Shown here: positions 25,451 to 37,162 of the stretch, one piece after another
Numbering within the stretch: position 1 is the stretch's first letter
How the letters are laid out: every line of letters starts with the position of its first letter
Source of the DNA: Balanoglossus misakiensis
Lineage: Eukaryota; Animalia; Hemichordata
Assembly (NCBI GenBank): GCA_040954595.2
Contig: CM082594.2
Span: forward strand, 3,147,319-3,211,318
Reading direction: 5' to 3'
Length of the DNA: 64,000 bases
Notes under the pieces: generated by a model
Database searches by the model: none
Told to the model about the DNA's origin: nothing
The model's input: the letters and a program-made list of their open reading frames with translations, nothing else
Translations under genes and position numbers: made by a program

Positions 25451-28400
25451 TTAGTCATCATCCCATTGATCATCGAACTCATAATTTCCCAGGTTTGCTT
25501 GCTCTGACCATGCGCTGTATCTGGCCCCATCCATTTCGGACGCCAGTCTGTTGTCGTCTCTGAGTCTGTGACCTGTTCCACCAATGCCGGCGTGACATTC
25601 CGGACACGTGGACTCCACCGTTGCCCCGCCACAGTTACCAATGGCATAACTGTGACCGTTAGGGCATTTATACCAGTGACCTTGAGTGTAGCCCATGGCC
25701 TTCACGACCATTTTTCGTTCTTCGTTGGTAAGCGTGGCACCTATCTCTGGATGCAGCTTCCGTACAGACTTAAGAAGTCCATCGACCTCTGCTTCTTTGG
25801 ATTCTGTCAGGGCAGTTCCATTGGTTAAGATATCTTCAGCTTTCTTGAGATACTGACTGGCAATACTTGACAACTGTATACGACAGTGAATCACATCTTT
25901 TTGCATGATGTACAGTTTACAGAGAAAATTCACTCTCTGTATCTCGTGGGTGATGTCTTCCAGTTCCTGGTCACTGAGCCTCAAACGTGGCTTCATCAAC
26001 CAGTTCTCCAAATCTTGTAGTTCCGATGACACCATTTCATATTTATTAGCGCCAGGTCTACTGCGTACACCGTCCAATCTGTCAAGCATAGAGGCAGTTC
26101 TCAGGTTGGCCCTAGCGTGGTTCTTTATCTTAGTGATCTCTTTCAAGATGGTGATTTTATTTTTTATCGCATCCAACTGCTCCATAGTTAGTTTCTGTGC
26201 GAGTTCACTCCTCACCTCCTTTGCTATCTTCATGTCTATATTTGATGCGGCTTCCATAAGCAGTCTTTTGGTCATCTGTTTTCTGGTTGTGTCATCACCG
26301 ATTATTTTGGCTTTTACCTTTTGGATATCTTCAATGGCCTTCTTGGTGAGATTTCCATATCTATGACTCTTCCTAATCGGGGTCTTACATTTGGGACACA
26401 TTTTAAACTGGATGATACTGGATTTATCATATTCCTCTTCCATCCACTGATCCAATGCTTCAACTTCTATGAAATGGCGACAGTCTTGAAGTTGAATGAA
26501 CCGAGCGTCATCTTCATCTTCTGTACCGAACAATATTGCTGTAACTTCTGAGTGATGGCATACTCTGCACTTCTTCGGACATGGTTCGCCACAAAGACCA
26601 ATACACGGGTGATCACATTTCAGCTTTTTCTGGCAAGGCTCATCGCAAACAGGCTTATCGCACATCTCTCCACATCGTCTGCTGCATCTATAGTGTCTGC
26701 ATTCCCACTTGCACTGCTCGTTACAAGGCTTGCACACTTCGCCACACGTCTTTGGGCACTTACTGTGTTCACACCGATTTTCGCACTTCTTCCTGCACGG
26801 CGGGCAATTTCGTGTGCACGGCTCCTCGCAGGGATGGCCGCAAACAAGTATCCGATCACATTTGCTGGTGCATGGAACATGAAGACGACCATTTTTACAT
26901 TGACCACAAGTGCCTTTACATCTGTGTTCACACTTGAGAAGTACGTCACATATCTCTGGACAGGACTCTGGACCCGCTGAACACGCCACCTTGACAATGT
27001 GGCCGCATGGCCAGTCGATTTTCGTTACTTGTACCTTGCACTGGTCTACTTTGGTACACGGTTCTCCGCATGATTTCTGGCACCTATGGCCACACGACAG
27101 CACCCTACTACATCTGATATTACAGTCGGCATAGCGGGCATCTTTGTAACAAGCCATAAGCTGCTTGTGGCCACATTTTGGAATAACTTTCTCCACTTGA
27201 ACCATGCAGCTATCGCCACAGTGCTGATAACACGATTTCGTACATTTATGACCACGCTCGCAGATCGTCTTCTGGCAAGGTTTCCGGCACTTGTAATTCT
27301 TGTGTTCTGGATCACGAGGATGACACACCATTTTGCACTGATGGCCACAGTCCAATCGATATTCACACGACCTTTTACAACCGCCTTCAGGAGCTTGGCT
27401 GAAATCTTTCTCCGTTGCCACTTCGATCACTTGCTGAGGATGATTCTGACATGTGAGTTGAAGCTTGTGCCCGATGCAACCCTTCTTTGTCATATCCTGG
27501 ACGATTTTACTCCACTTGTCGTCTTCCTTCGCAAGTTGACTAAAATTGCCGATGCAGAAGAAGCCCTTCTTTGCCCTTGACAAGGCAACACAGATTCGAT
27601 TCGATTTTTTGAGAAATCCTATCCTCCCTTCGACGTTGCTTCGTACGAGCGACAAGAGAATGATGTCATTTTCTTCGCCTTGGAAGTTGTCCACAACCGA
27701 TACACGGACACCTTGGTACAGTCGCTTCGGCATATATCTTTTGAATGTGAACAGCTGCCCGGTGTATGTCGTCAGGATGGTTATCTGGGATGGCGAGTAC
27801 CCTTGCTGTAGGAAGTATTTGCACAAGGCCGTCAAAAAGGTGACTTCATGGATGTTGGATTTGCTCTTGGTGTCAGCAACATTGTCTTCCTTGAATTTGT
27901 GGTCTATAAAGAACACATTTGATGAGACGCCCTTGATGCTGTCATAGTAGTTCACTGACTCGTGATTGTAGAGATCTTCATAGAAGTGCCTCATCAACTC
28001 CGCGATTTCCGGCCTCATTCTGTGCTGTTGCGATAACCTCTCGCACTGCATTCCGATGTTCACCATTCTCTCAAACAGGGAGATGTCCAGTTTGAATTTC
28101 TTGGCCAGCTTGTACACCGTTGGATTGGGTCTCAGCTGTTGATGATCACCGATCAGTATGAGATGTTCACAGCCCTTGGTCAGTGTTGTTATGATGTGGG
28201 CTTCTAGGACTTCCGCCGCCTCCTCAATAACCACAATCTTTGGTTGAATCTGTTGGATGAGACTGCGATACTTGGCTGCCCCAGTGGTCGTCATACATAT
28301 CACAGCGGCCTTTTGAAAGATGGCAAGATTTTCCTCATTTTGCACCCCTCGGAATTGCCGGCAGGCTGTTTCGTACGCCTCGTAGTGGCTGTGGAGAACA

Positions 28401-31400
28401 CCTTTTTGTTGTTCGGTATACTTCGATATCCATAACCTGTACAGTCTCCATCTGTTTTCCAGGGTAAGCGCCCAGATGTTATCAATCATTGCTTCTTCCG
28501 TCTCGTCCATGACATCTCTGCTGTGCAACTTCTGAGAAATTTCCCGCTTCCATTGGCCTTTGCGCTTACGCTTAACCACCCACGCACCATCCCTTGTTGT
28601 CGCGCTGTCAGCTTGGCTAGCAATGGTGTCCAGATCCACCGCAATGGTTGCATTTGCCATGTCAGTGTAATTTCTCTGATGCTTTTTCCTTTGCTTCGCT
28701 CCAAACATTCCACCTTCAAAGTCGTCTTTGTCGTCGTCATCAACAAACCTTTGTTGTTCTTCTAGGTCAGCTTCTTCATCAAGGTCAATGAGGTCATCAT
28801 CATCATCAACATCATCATCATCATCATCTTCTTCTTCTTCTTCTTCTTCTTCTTCGTCTTTCGCTACTAAACCAGCTTCTTGTATCGGGTCCCCCACCAA
28901 GTTTCCTGCTTCTTCTTCTTGAACAAACGGCTCTCCCATTAAACCGAGCCACAGTGGAATGGCGGAGTGTCGCTTGCCAATGTAATCCTGATCAAGCGTC
29001 GTCACTACCTCGGTAAGGCTTTCCAAATGATGTCCTGCGATGAAAGGTTGAAGACAGTCTTCGCTGAGTACCCCCTTTCTGGTTGCATTTATCAACTCTG
29101 ACGCTCTCTCCATTGGTTCCTGTAAGCGTTGCATTTCCTCGCGTGCAGACCACAGCCCAGTGTATATGTGCTTCGGAACTCCACGCTTGGTTCTCATTTG
29201 CGACTTCAAGTAATTCAGATTGTACTGCCTCAGTGATTCACTTGAACTTCGTCCACCGACACGGACCAGGTCTGCTTGCTGAAACTCCTGAATACCCTCC
29301 AGGAATTGGTCGAGTGCATGGTTTGTGTAGCAGACAACAAATATCGGCCGTTTGTCTGTTTGACCCGTGATCTTGTCTCTAGACCACTTGCTTCTATTGT
29401 AGAGGAGGGTTTTCACAATCTTGAGACCAATGTACGTCTTCCCTGTGCCTGGAGGGCCTTGGATGACGGCAAACTCTTTAGTTAATGCCATCTGGACTGC
29501 CCGAAATTGGGACTCATCTAAATTGAGTACATCATGTTTTGGCCATCTATACAACGGTAGTATGGGTACAGACTTCAGCGAATTTAGTGCTGGATTATTA
29601 GCAAATTCATACTCGTCTTCATCTTCATCTGAGTCGGCCCATGAGTATTGTTCATCGTCTGAGTCAAGTGCCACGGGGCTTTTCTTCATTCTTCCCTTTG
29701 GTTCTGCAACCATCGGCCGAAGGTCATAAACCGGACGCTCATTTCGCAAATACTTCGGTGGACTAACTTCAGTGACTACATTGATAATGTACGGCTTAAA
29801 GGGCAATGTTTCCTCTGTGATTTCCTGCAGACCTTTTAAGACATGCTTGTACGCCTCAAAATATGCAGATGTTTCAGCCATGATGAATTCATCTCTGGGT
29901 GTTATATCGGCTACTTGAGTGATATCTTCGAAGCGAATATCCAGGTACCCTTGCTCCAAATCCTTGACCGATCGGTTCGCTACCGTGGCAAAAATCAAAG
30001 TATTGAAGTCGTCTTTTGAGAGACACAGCAGTGAGCCAAAGATGAGTCTCTTACTGGACTGCCATCTCAAATGCTTCAAGCGAGTTTCGTCGAACTTGAT
30101 GTTGTGCACCACACCAGACACTGTACACATCGGGTATTCTATGTGGACGCCGTGGTACAGCCGTATTTCTTGGAAATACTTGGTCTTGGCCAAGGGATCT
30201 CTCAACGAAGCGAGATACGCAGCGATTCCTTTGCGAAGGGGATCCATGAAATCTTCGCGCAGAAGTCGAAACTGGACATCAAGGTAATGGTCAACTCCTC
30301 TGTAACCCCTGTCAACTATGTTTGGCCGAATGAATGGCTCAATGTCAGCATGGACATCTTTGATATCAGGGAATATTGGTATTGTGCGAAAATCATCGGG
30401 AGGTTCTTCATCATCAAGGTCACGCTTCTGTTCTTTTCTAGTGGCGTTGTGTCGGTTGGTCTCCATTAAATCAATACGCATGTCTTTCAGTTCATCGATC
30501 TGTTTGGTGATCTCGTCATCGATGGCATTGGTGGTGTGACGCAACTGATTGACAGTACTCTCCAGCGTTCTCAAAGCTGGGATGACGTTCTCGTAACAGC
30601 TGGGTATCTTCTCCAACATATTGAGTAATATGTTGCAAACATGTTTCAAGTGTTGGGGAAACATGAGTTGTTTCTCGTGCGAAACCTCCATGGGTAGCTG
30701 TGCCAGGAAGAGTGGTAGGTGACGAAGGATGAATGTTGAGTCTTGAAGCATACACAGAACTGCAATCAGTGATTGCGGTGACGTGTTACATTCACAAGCT
30801 TTGGACAGGGCATTCAGAAGTAAAACAAAGAGATCTGCGCGGATTCTGTCTTCTTCGAGCAACTGCTGAAATCCACTACGAGAGTTGAATGTGATGACGA
30901 TTTCACTGGGTTCTTTTTGGGTCAGCTCTTCCAATCTCCTGTATTTCATGGCCGTTGGTTCACTCTGTGATCTCCCGCCATTTCCTCCACGGCCTCGTCT
31001 GGTTTTTATTACGTCCGCCCCCATTTCCGCTCTATTTCTATGATAAAAAGATTCACTGACAAAGGAATAAAATACTGAAAATTATTAACGAAAGTCAAAG
31101 TAGTAGATTCATTACTGTCATTATTTTGCGACGTCAGCTTTGAAACTTTGATGTTGTACTAGTTCGATGATGTGTATCTAGTAATGCAAACCTCAGTACA
31201 CACACCATATTCACCGTATACCTACCACGTGAAATGTGTATGCCACAAAGATCAAAAGACTGCTACTCGTCTCGACATATTATATTAAATGAACGTGTGT
31301 TATTTTAAAGGTTGAACGCGCCTCAAAATTCATTTAAATAACCTTTCTTACAATTGAGAATAAAATGTTAGTCTCGCCGAGCAAGAGAGGAAAATCACGA

Positions 31401-31917
31401 CATGTATTTTCTGGGTTTCGTTCTATGAATGTCTTTGTTGTAATAAATGTGTCTTTTGTTCCAATGTCGATGTATTTTTCAAACATGTCAAAAATATAAT
31501 TACTGCTGAAACTCGTTCCCACGAGCTCGACCTCGAGCATCTTATTCTCCGGATACCTACCGCGCGAAATTTGTGTGGCAAAAAGATCAAATGAGTGCTA
31601 CTCGACATATAATAAAATGAATGTGCGTCTTCCTTAAAGGTTGAACGCGCTTTGAAATTCTCATATTTTGAAAGGGTTATTATTAAACCTATCTTACAAT
31701 TGAGAATAATAAAGTTGTTGTAATAAATTTGTATTTAGTTCAAACATTTATGTATTTTTCAAGCATGTCAAAGATATAATTACTGCTGAGACTCGTTTCC
31801 ACGACCTCGACCTCGCCCTCCACTGTGTCCACTCCCTCCACGTCCGAAACCACCATATCCGCCACGATTGTAGGGTCTTCTCTGCCCTCGTCCCCTGCCT
31901 CGTCTGTAATCATCCAT
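25451..31917 (-). CDS. ZNFX1: NFX1-type zinc finger-containing protein 1 (ZNFX1), copy A, ~1906 aa
   Basis: Exon 31917-31784 (RGG-rich, ends CA|gtaatt) splices in phase to catag|A at 31037 and the 5.6-kb exon 31037-25451. Motifs: YLDVQFRLLREDF, KRLIFGSLLCLS, QGPPGTGKT, EEAAEVLE, GDHQQLRP, QHRMRPEI, VDNFQGEE, VALSRAK; repeated NF-X1 CGH.C...C fingers; RING-like LQDCRHFIE..CPKCKTPI; C-terminal RZ finger GHWYKCPNGH..CGG..CPEC..IGG..H. Confidence 0.95.
31200..31815. repeat. Local ~300-340-bp tandem duplication in ZNFX1-A intron 1, including a copy of the exon 3' end and splice donor
   Basis: 31200-31540 resembles 31540-31815. TACTGCTGA.ACTCGTT.CCACGA.CTCGACCTCG occurs at 31501 and 31781. Single copy in unit B. 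Confidence 0.75.
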
Positions 31918-33444
31918 TCTTCATATATATAGAGATATCGGTGACTGTACAGTACCATCAACAGAAATGCGACGGTGTTAGTACAATGTACATGGTTTTG
32001 TTTGACTAAATGTCTAGTATATGTGCAGTGCTATATTGGATCTTTCGATCCAGCTGTACCAACTCATTTGTTTCACGTGACCATTGACACCATATTGTGA
32101 TAATTTTGGATATTCTTGCTTTGTATACCCAACAGTGTATTTTATACAACAATTGTGTCATGGAAATGTTGGCATGTTATGATTAATATTGTGACTTACG
32201 GCTGCGAGTAGATTGTGAGCACAGTAATTAGTCAACAGCAAAGTATAATTTCGGGTTAACTTAGCTTATCAAGTGTTTTACTCAAGATAAAGAGCTATAC
32301 TTCAATCCAAACAAAATGGTCGTGTCTTCAGATACATGACTTAGGAAGGTACTGTTGCAATGGATATGGACTGCCGATTGGCAGGTCCACAAATACACAA
32401 TTCACGTCTTAACTGTGGCCAATGTCAGCGAAGACCAAACACAAAACATGAGCAAATTGCGTCTAGTTACAAAGGTCACTTTATTTGTTTTGTGTTTTTC
32501 TTTTAATTTCTCCTTAATAAGGCTTGACGTCTTTGACATTGTCAAATAAGTTAAAATACGAAACACTAATGTGACCTTGACATGAAACATGAATGTCACC
32601 ACGAAATGAAAGCGACATGAACTCTGGTATAGCGGCAGGCACATTGTGACAAATGTACAGTATAGTATCTCAGTGTAAGAATAAATTACTAAAAATTCTG
32701 TGCTCTGATTTTCGCAGAAGACATTAAAGATAACATTCAACCAATACCATGAAATTGTTCTCAGTAAGCCTGTCTTATCTTTGTACTCATTAGATGCCTC
32801 CCCCACCATATGAAAGCATTTTGAAGAATTTAGAAGGCCCCTCTCTCCCTTATTCACATATGCTCAGTATGCCATACATGCAAATCCCTTCAAAATACAT
32901 GCTGTAGACATATTTAACCCTTTAAGGAAATGACGGTGCATTTCCAACTGAGTTAAATGGTTATATGTATCAAGCACGAACACATTTCGGGGGGGGGGAT
33001 ATCTTTTTGATCAACATATATGAGATGTGATCCGCATATTCTCTATAAATAGATTGAGTAGGCTAAAAGTAATTGACATTCTTTCTACAGTTTCAGGGCC
33101 GCACGAATGTCACTGAATCCGGGTCGCTGCGGATACCTTGATCTAGGTTACCAGACATTGCACTTTGACCCTTCAGAACAAGCTCTGTACAATACGCAGA
33201 CGCCAGGCACTTCTGCATTGAAACGATTTCGTTGTTCAATTTGCTATTTGTGCAGACCCTTCAGAAAACATTTGATGTTGAATCTCATAGGGACACCGCA
33301 CGAATACACTGTTTCGAGTTGAAGGCCAAGGCTTATTACTTTCGTTTTGACTATTTCATGAACAGGGCTGTACATTCGTCAGTGTGTTTTTCTGTTGACG
33401 GTAGGACAATATAGTTACAGTGTTCTTTTAACAGTCAAGGCCAA

Positions 33445-33730
33445 ATGACTCGAACCTTCAAACGACAATTTTGTGAATTAAAACCATTGACAAGCGTAAA
33501 AGAACGAACGACAGAATGACTTCAACACTTACCGATAAGCCTACGTCTGCGGTTGAGGTTTAAATGGCTAATGCTGTTTGTTTTCGCTTTGTTAGACTAT
33601 ATAATAACGTCACACTTCGGGGAATTCCCCGTCACGTGACTTGAATAGCTGTTCCATTGAAAGGCGTGATATCCAGTGACCAAACAATACCCGGAAAACA
33701 TACAACTTCACACTAAAACGAAAGATTAGC
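33445..33730 (-). promoter_or_regulatory. Putative ZNFX1-A promoter and non-coding first exon with NF-kB, IRF-like, E-box and TATA motifs
   Basis: GGGGAATTCCCC 33619-33630; GTCACGTGAC 33631-33640; TATATA 33598-33603; AAAGCGAAAAC (minus strand) 33580-33590; AAAACGAAAG ~33715; donor CG|gtaagt at 33532. Conserved at 48920-49200 and 60061-60321. Confidence 0.7.
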
Positions 33731-34059
33731 TGCTGATCAGCAGTTCTAACCCAAAATGAATAAATGGTAAACACTGATTATTCATTTTGGTTAGTTTATT
33801 CACTCTCATGTCTAGAAGCAGGATGGAAGGTGTGTGTGTGGTTGAACGTTGATTCACTATATATCCACATGCACATTAACATAAACAGTGTCTTGTATCA
33901 AACATAATTAATGGGAAAGGGGCAGCGAGAGAGAGACTTTGTCCCTTTAATAGAAATTGAATTAAACAAAATAAATTAAATAAAGTACCATCTTCGGTTT
34001 GATGTATTTAGGTTAAGACGAGAATGAGTGAAATGAGTATGAGAAGTCAAATTTAACAT

Positions 34060-34320
34060 GAATTTGAAAAAAATGAAGAAATTTTGTAAATTCGGAAAGT
34101 CAAAAAGTTGTCAGTTTTTGATGATTTTCATGAGCTATATATAAACCATGAATTTTTTTTTTAAATGAAGAAATTTTGGAAATTCGCAAAGTAAAAAATA
34201 ATGCCAGTTATTGATGATTTTCATGAGCTATAAACCCATGAAAATTTGAAAAGATGGTGAAAATTCCAATATCGGTAAGGTCGAAAAATTTCAGCTTTTG
34301 ATGTATTTAATGAGCTAATT
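34060..34320. repeat. Degenerate AT-rich tandem repeat (AAATGAAGAAATTTTG.AAATTCG.AAAGTCAAAAA); homolog at ~49765-50060
   Basis: Motif recurs 2-3 times in unit A and 3-4 times in unit B. Confidence 0.6.
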
Positions 34321-35431
34321 CACAAGGTCAAGAATTTGTCACAATTGTGCACCATACCAGTACACGCACGCATAACAAATGCCATCTTGAAGCAAGCCAA
34401 AGATTTAATAAATCTCTCAAAGTAAAAGACGAGTTTACAGTGCACCACCAACCCTAGCACTCACACATCTTTCGATTCAGTATACTGCAAAAGTGTTCAC
34501 ATAGTTCCTTCGGTGTTCTTTTTGGGGTTACAGCAGTGTTGAATAGCGAAACATTTTAAGTATTCATTCATTCATTCAGTCATTCATTCATTCATTCATT
34601 CACTTGTCCCTTTGTTCCTTCATACGTGTAAGATCAATCGATACCTACCTATAGCAAATGTATTCCGGAGATAAAACTGTCTGTCAATCTGTCTGCGCCA
34701 GATGGACTACGTTTATACACTTCTACGTAAATACTCACCTGTATCCACCGATCGAACAGTTCACTAATCTCCCTTCCAAGTATATAAATAAATTAATTAA
34801 TTAATAAATAATCCGACTGGCTGGCGTAGGTTAACCGCCTGAGGCATATTCAGTAAACAGCAGATAAGAATAATTACATGTTTTTTTTACACGTTCCCAA
34901 AGTAAACAGCCATAACAACCGTGGTCGGAGAATGGGGCGGAGTGGCCGATTACGGGAAGAGCTCATATGCCTACTTAATCAGCTGTTGAACTTCAACCTT
35001 TGACCGTTTGACCCTAATGTATGATTGTTTGCGAGGGCAGACCTCTTGCCAACCCTTTCATCGCGGAAGTTGGGCATCGACTAGCTCTGGACTTATGCGC
35101 TGTTGGGTCTACGCTGCTCTCCGTCCCCACAGCTATGGAGCCATCCGTAGGAAACACCGTTGGGTGCGGAGCAAAATGATACGCACCGATTTTCAAACAA
35201 TAAACTACATGAACATGTACATAATGTTGTCAGAAATAAAGATCGAACGAAAATTTCACAAATGGGAACCTACTTGACGTGTTTGTCGCCGAATCGTAAA
35301 CGTCGTTAACGCAGCGCCGTAAAACTGGGGCATTTAAGTCATATGATCAACACGTGACACGTGTTTTACTCGGCGTGTTTGTATGGGAGGGTCACCATCG
35401 AAATCCGCATGTTTTCCCACACACCCACGAC

Positions 35432-36796
35432 TTATTTAATATCATCCAACATTCTCATAAAACTCTCTTTGAAAAGTGTTATTGTATCATACGCGATAAT
35501 ATCAGTATCGTAACTCAGGGTAATATACAGTTTATCATTAAGGCCTGCCAGGTATATACCACACGCGACTGTTGTTCCTGGATTCGCGAAGTGTATTTTT
35601 TCAACGTTCACATCTTTGTCTCTATGGCGTTCAAGGCAACTTACTCGGCCTACGTTAGAGAAAAATAAATACTTTATCTGGTCGCAAACTTTCACGCATT
35701 GTTTTGTACGGGTGGCGACAACTTCCAATGTTTGATCTAAAGCTAATTCGTGAATGTTTAATAAAGGTGTCCCGTTGGCCAAACAGTTGTCAGTATTTTC
35801 GTTGACTTGCTTTGTCAACCTCCAGAAACCTTCCTCATCGAACGAATCCTGTCTAATACGCGTACTGAACATCAACGAGGAGTTGTAACCACCCAAATCT
35901 GTTATATTTTGTTCTTTGAAATACCTTCGAAGACTGACGGCCATCATAAAAGGGAATCTGTCAACGTCGACTGGCTTTCCATCATTCACTACTTTCAGGA
36001 AAGTTAAAGACATAGATGTTATCAAAGCAGCATTGAGATTTGAACCATGCTGTTTCGCCAACTGTTTAAGTTTGGCTGTCAAGCTCTCAGATACCTCAAA
36101 ATTCAGATATTTAGTTTGCCAACTGATGTCAGGGTTATCTAAACACAATGGACGAAATGATGCGTCCTTGCCAGTTTCATCACTCGGTTTGTTAACTACG
36201 TCTGCATTCTTTGGTTTCATGACTAAATCCTCCACTGGACGTGGAAATGGTGTACTTTCCAGAACATTTTTTGACAAGCCATTGCTTGTTATGTTGTTGA
36301 TATTTTCTATCAAATTATCAACGTATTTAAAGGCAGATATACCATCTGCAATTCCATGGTGAATTGTTAATAAGAAACATGTTTTATACACTTTCGATAC
36401 CATATTGCTGGTTGTCGCCCAGTGTCCCTTTAATAGTGTACACCGCCACAGTGGACCTTCCCTGCTGTTGGGAGGGACGAGCACTTCTCGCGACATGGCG
36501 CCCTCAATCTCGTCCAACTTGTCGTCCGAGATTTGCAGCTCCACATTCCCGCCATTTTGCATCTCCTCAAAATATCTGCCAGTTTCGATGCCTTCTTCGT
36601 CGTACGCAACCAGAATCCTTGATCTAAAAACAGCATGCTGTTTTCTCAGAATGTCCATTGCTTGGTGCATGATTTTCTCTGTGACTTCGACTTTGCATTT
36701 TAGGTGCACGGCTAAGGTAGGAAACCAGAAACCGTGTTCAATAGTCTTGTCGTAAAATGCTTCCACTGTACTCAGTTTTCGAATGTACTTAGACAT
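35432..36796 (-). CDS. Single-exon condensation-domain / CoA-dependent acyltransferase, copy B, 454 aa
   Basis: Paralog of 20014-21381 with HHGIADG intact. True ATG (MSKYIRKL) at 36796 by alignment to copy A. Confidence 0.85.
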   Translation of the reverse strand: MSKYIRKLSTVEAFYDKTIEHGFWFPTLAVHLKCKVEVTEKIMHQAMDILRKQHAVFRSRILVAYDEEGIETGRYFEEMQNGGNVELQISDDKLDEIEGAMSREVLVPPNSREGPLWRCTLLKGHWATTSNMVSKVYKTCFLLTIHHGIADGISAFKYVDNLIENINNITSNGLSKNVLESTPFPRPVEDLVMKPKNADVVNKPSDETGKDASFRPLCLDNPDISWQTKYLNFEVSESLTAKLKQLAKQHGSNLNAALITSMSLTFLKVVNDGKPVDVDRFPFMMAVSLRRYFKEQNITDLGGYNSSLMFSTRIRQDSFDEEGFWRLTKQVNENTDNCLANGTPLLNIHELALDQTLEVVATRTKQCVKVCDQIKYLFFSNVGRVSCLERHRDKDVNVEKIHFANPGTTVACGIYLAGLNDKLYITLSYDTDIIAYDTITLFKESFMRMLDDIK

Positions 36797-37162
36797 ATTC
36801 GGATAGTGTAATGTCCATGCAGAGCGGTTGTTCTGAAAATGGTATAAATCCGAAATCTGTCGGGAATAGGCCCTCTTCTTAACAGCGCCTGCGTTGTTTT
36901 GTGAAAGCGTTGTCTGTTGAAAGTGCAAGTTTTGTCTTTTAACGACGTTTGGGGGTTTATTTCACTCACTGGCAACTGTGTGGCTGAAAGGAAATTATGA
37001 ATCATAGATTGGCGACCGATCGATGCCGATTTATTGATTAAATTTCGTCTTTGTGTGTCTGAAAACATCTACGGAAGTTGACCTTGCATCTGTCAAAATT
37101 GGGGTTTGGTTTCATGTCTTGTCCTTTTTCTGTGCCATAGGCGATCGCCGTGTATATACGAC

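Larger units (their letters stand above)
20004..34880. repeat. Tandem segmental duplication, unit A (condensation gene, ZNFX1, upstream region)
   Basis: Homology to unit B starts at CACCCACGACTTATTTAA (20004 vs 35422) and ends near CAGCAGATAAGAATAATT (~34875 vs ~52105). Confidence 0.93.

Noticed and set aside
25568-30755. Many plus-strand and alternate-frame ORFs overlapping ZNFX1, the condensation genes and the LRAT gene
   Set aside because: These are shadow ORFs of long coding exons with no recognisable motifs; their repetition only reflects the duplication.
31740-31961. Acidic ORF MMVLYSH..EVEVVETS (and 47144-47428)
   Set aside because: This is the wrong frame of the RGG exon. The RGG frame has an ATG and a donor in phase with the main exon.
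36797-36928. N-terminal extension of the 498-aa condensation ORF
   Set aside because: It has a non-ATG start and is not conserved in frame in copy A; both copies share the downstream ATG.
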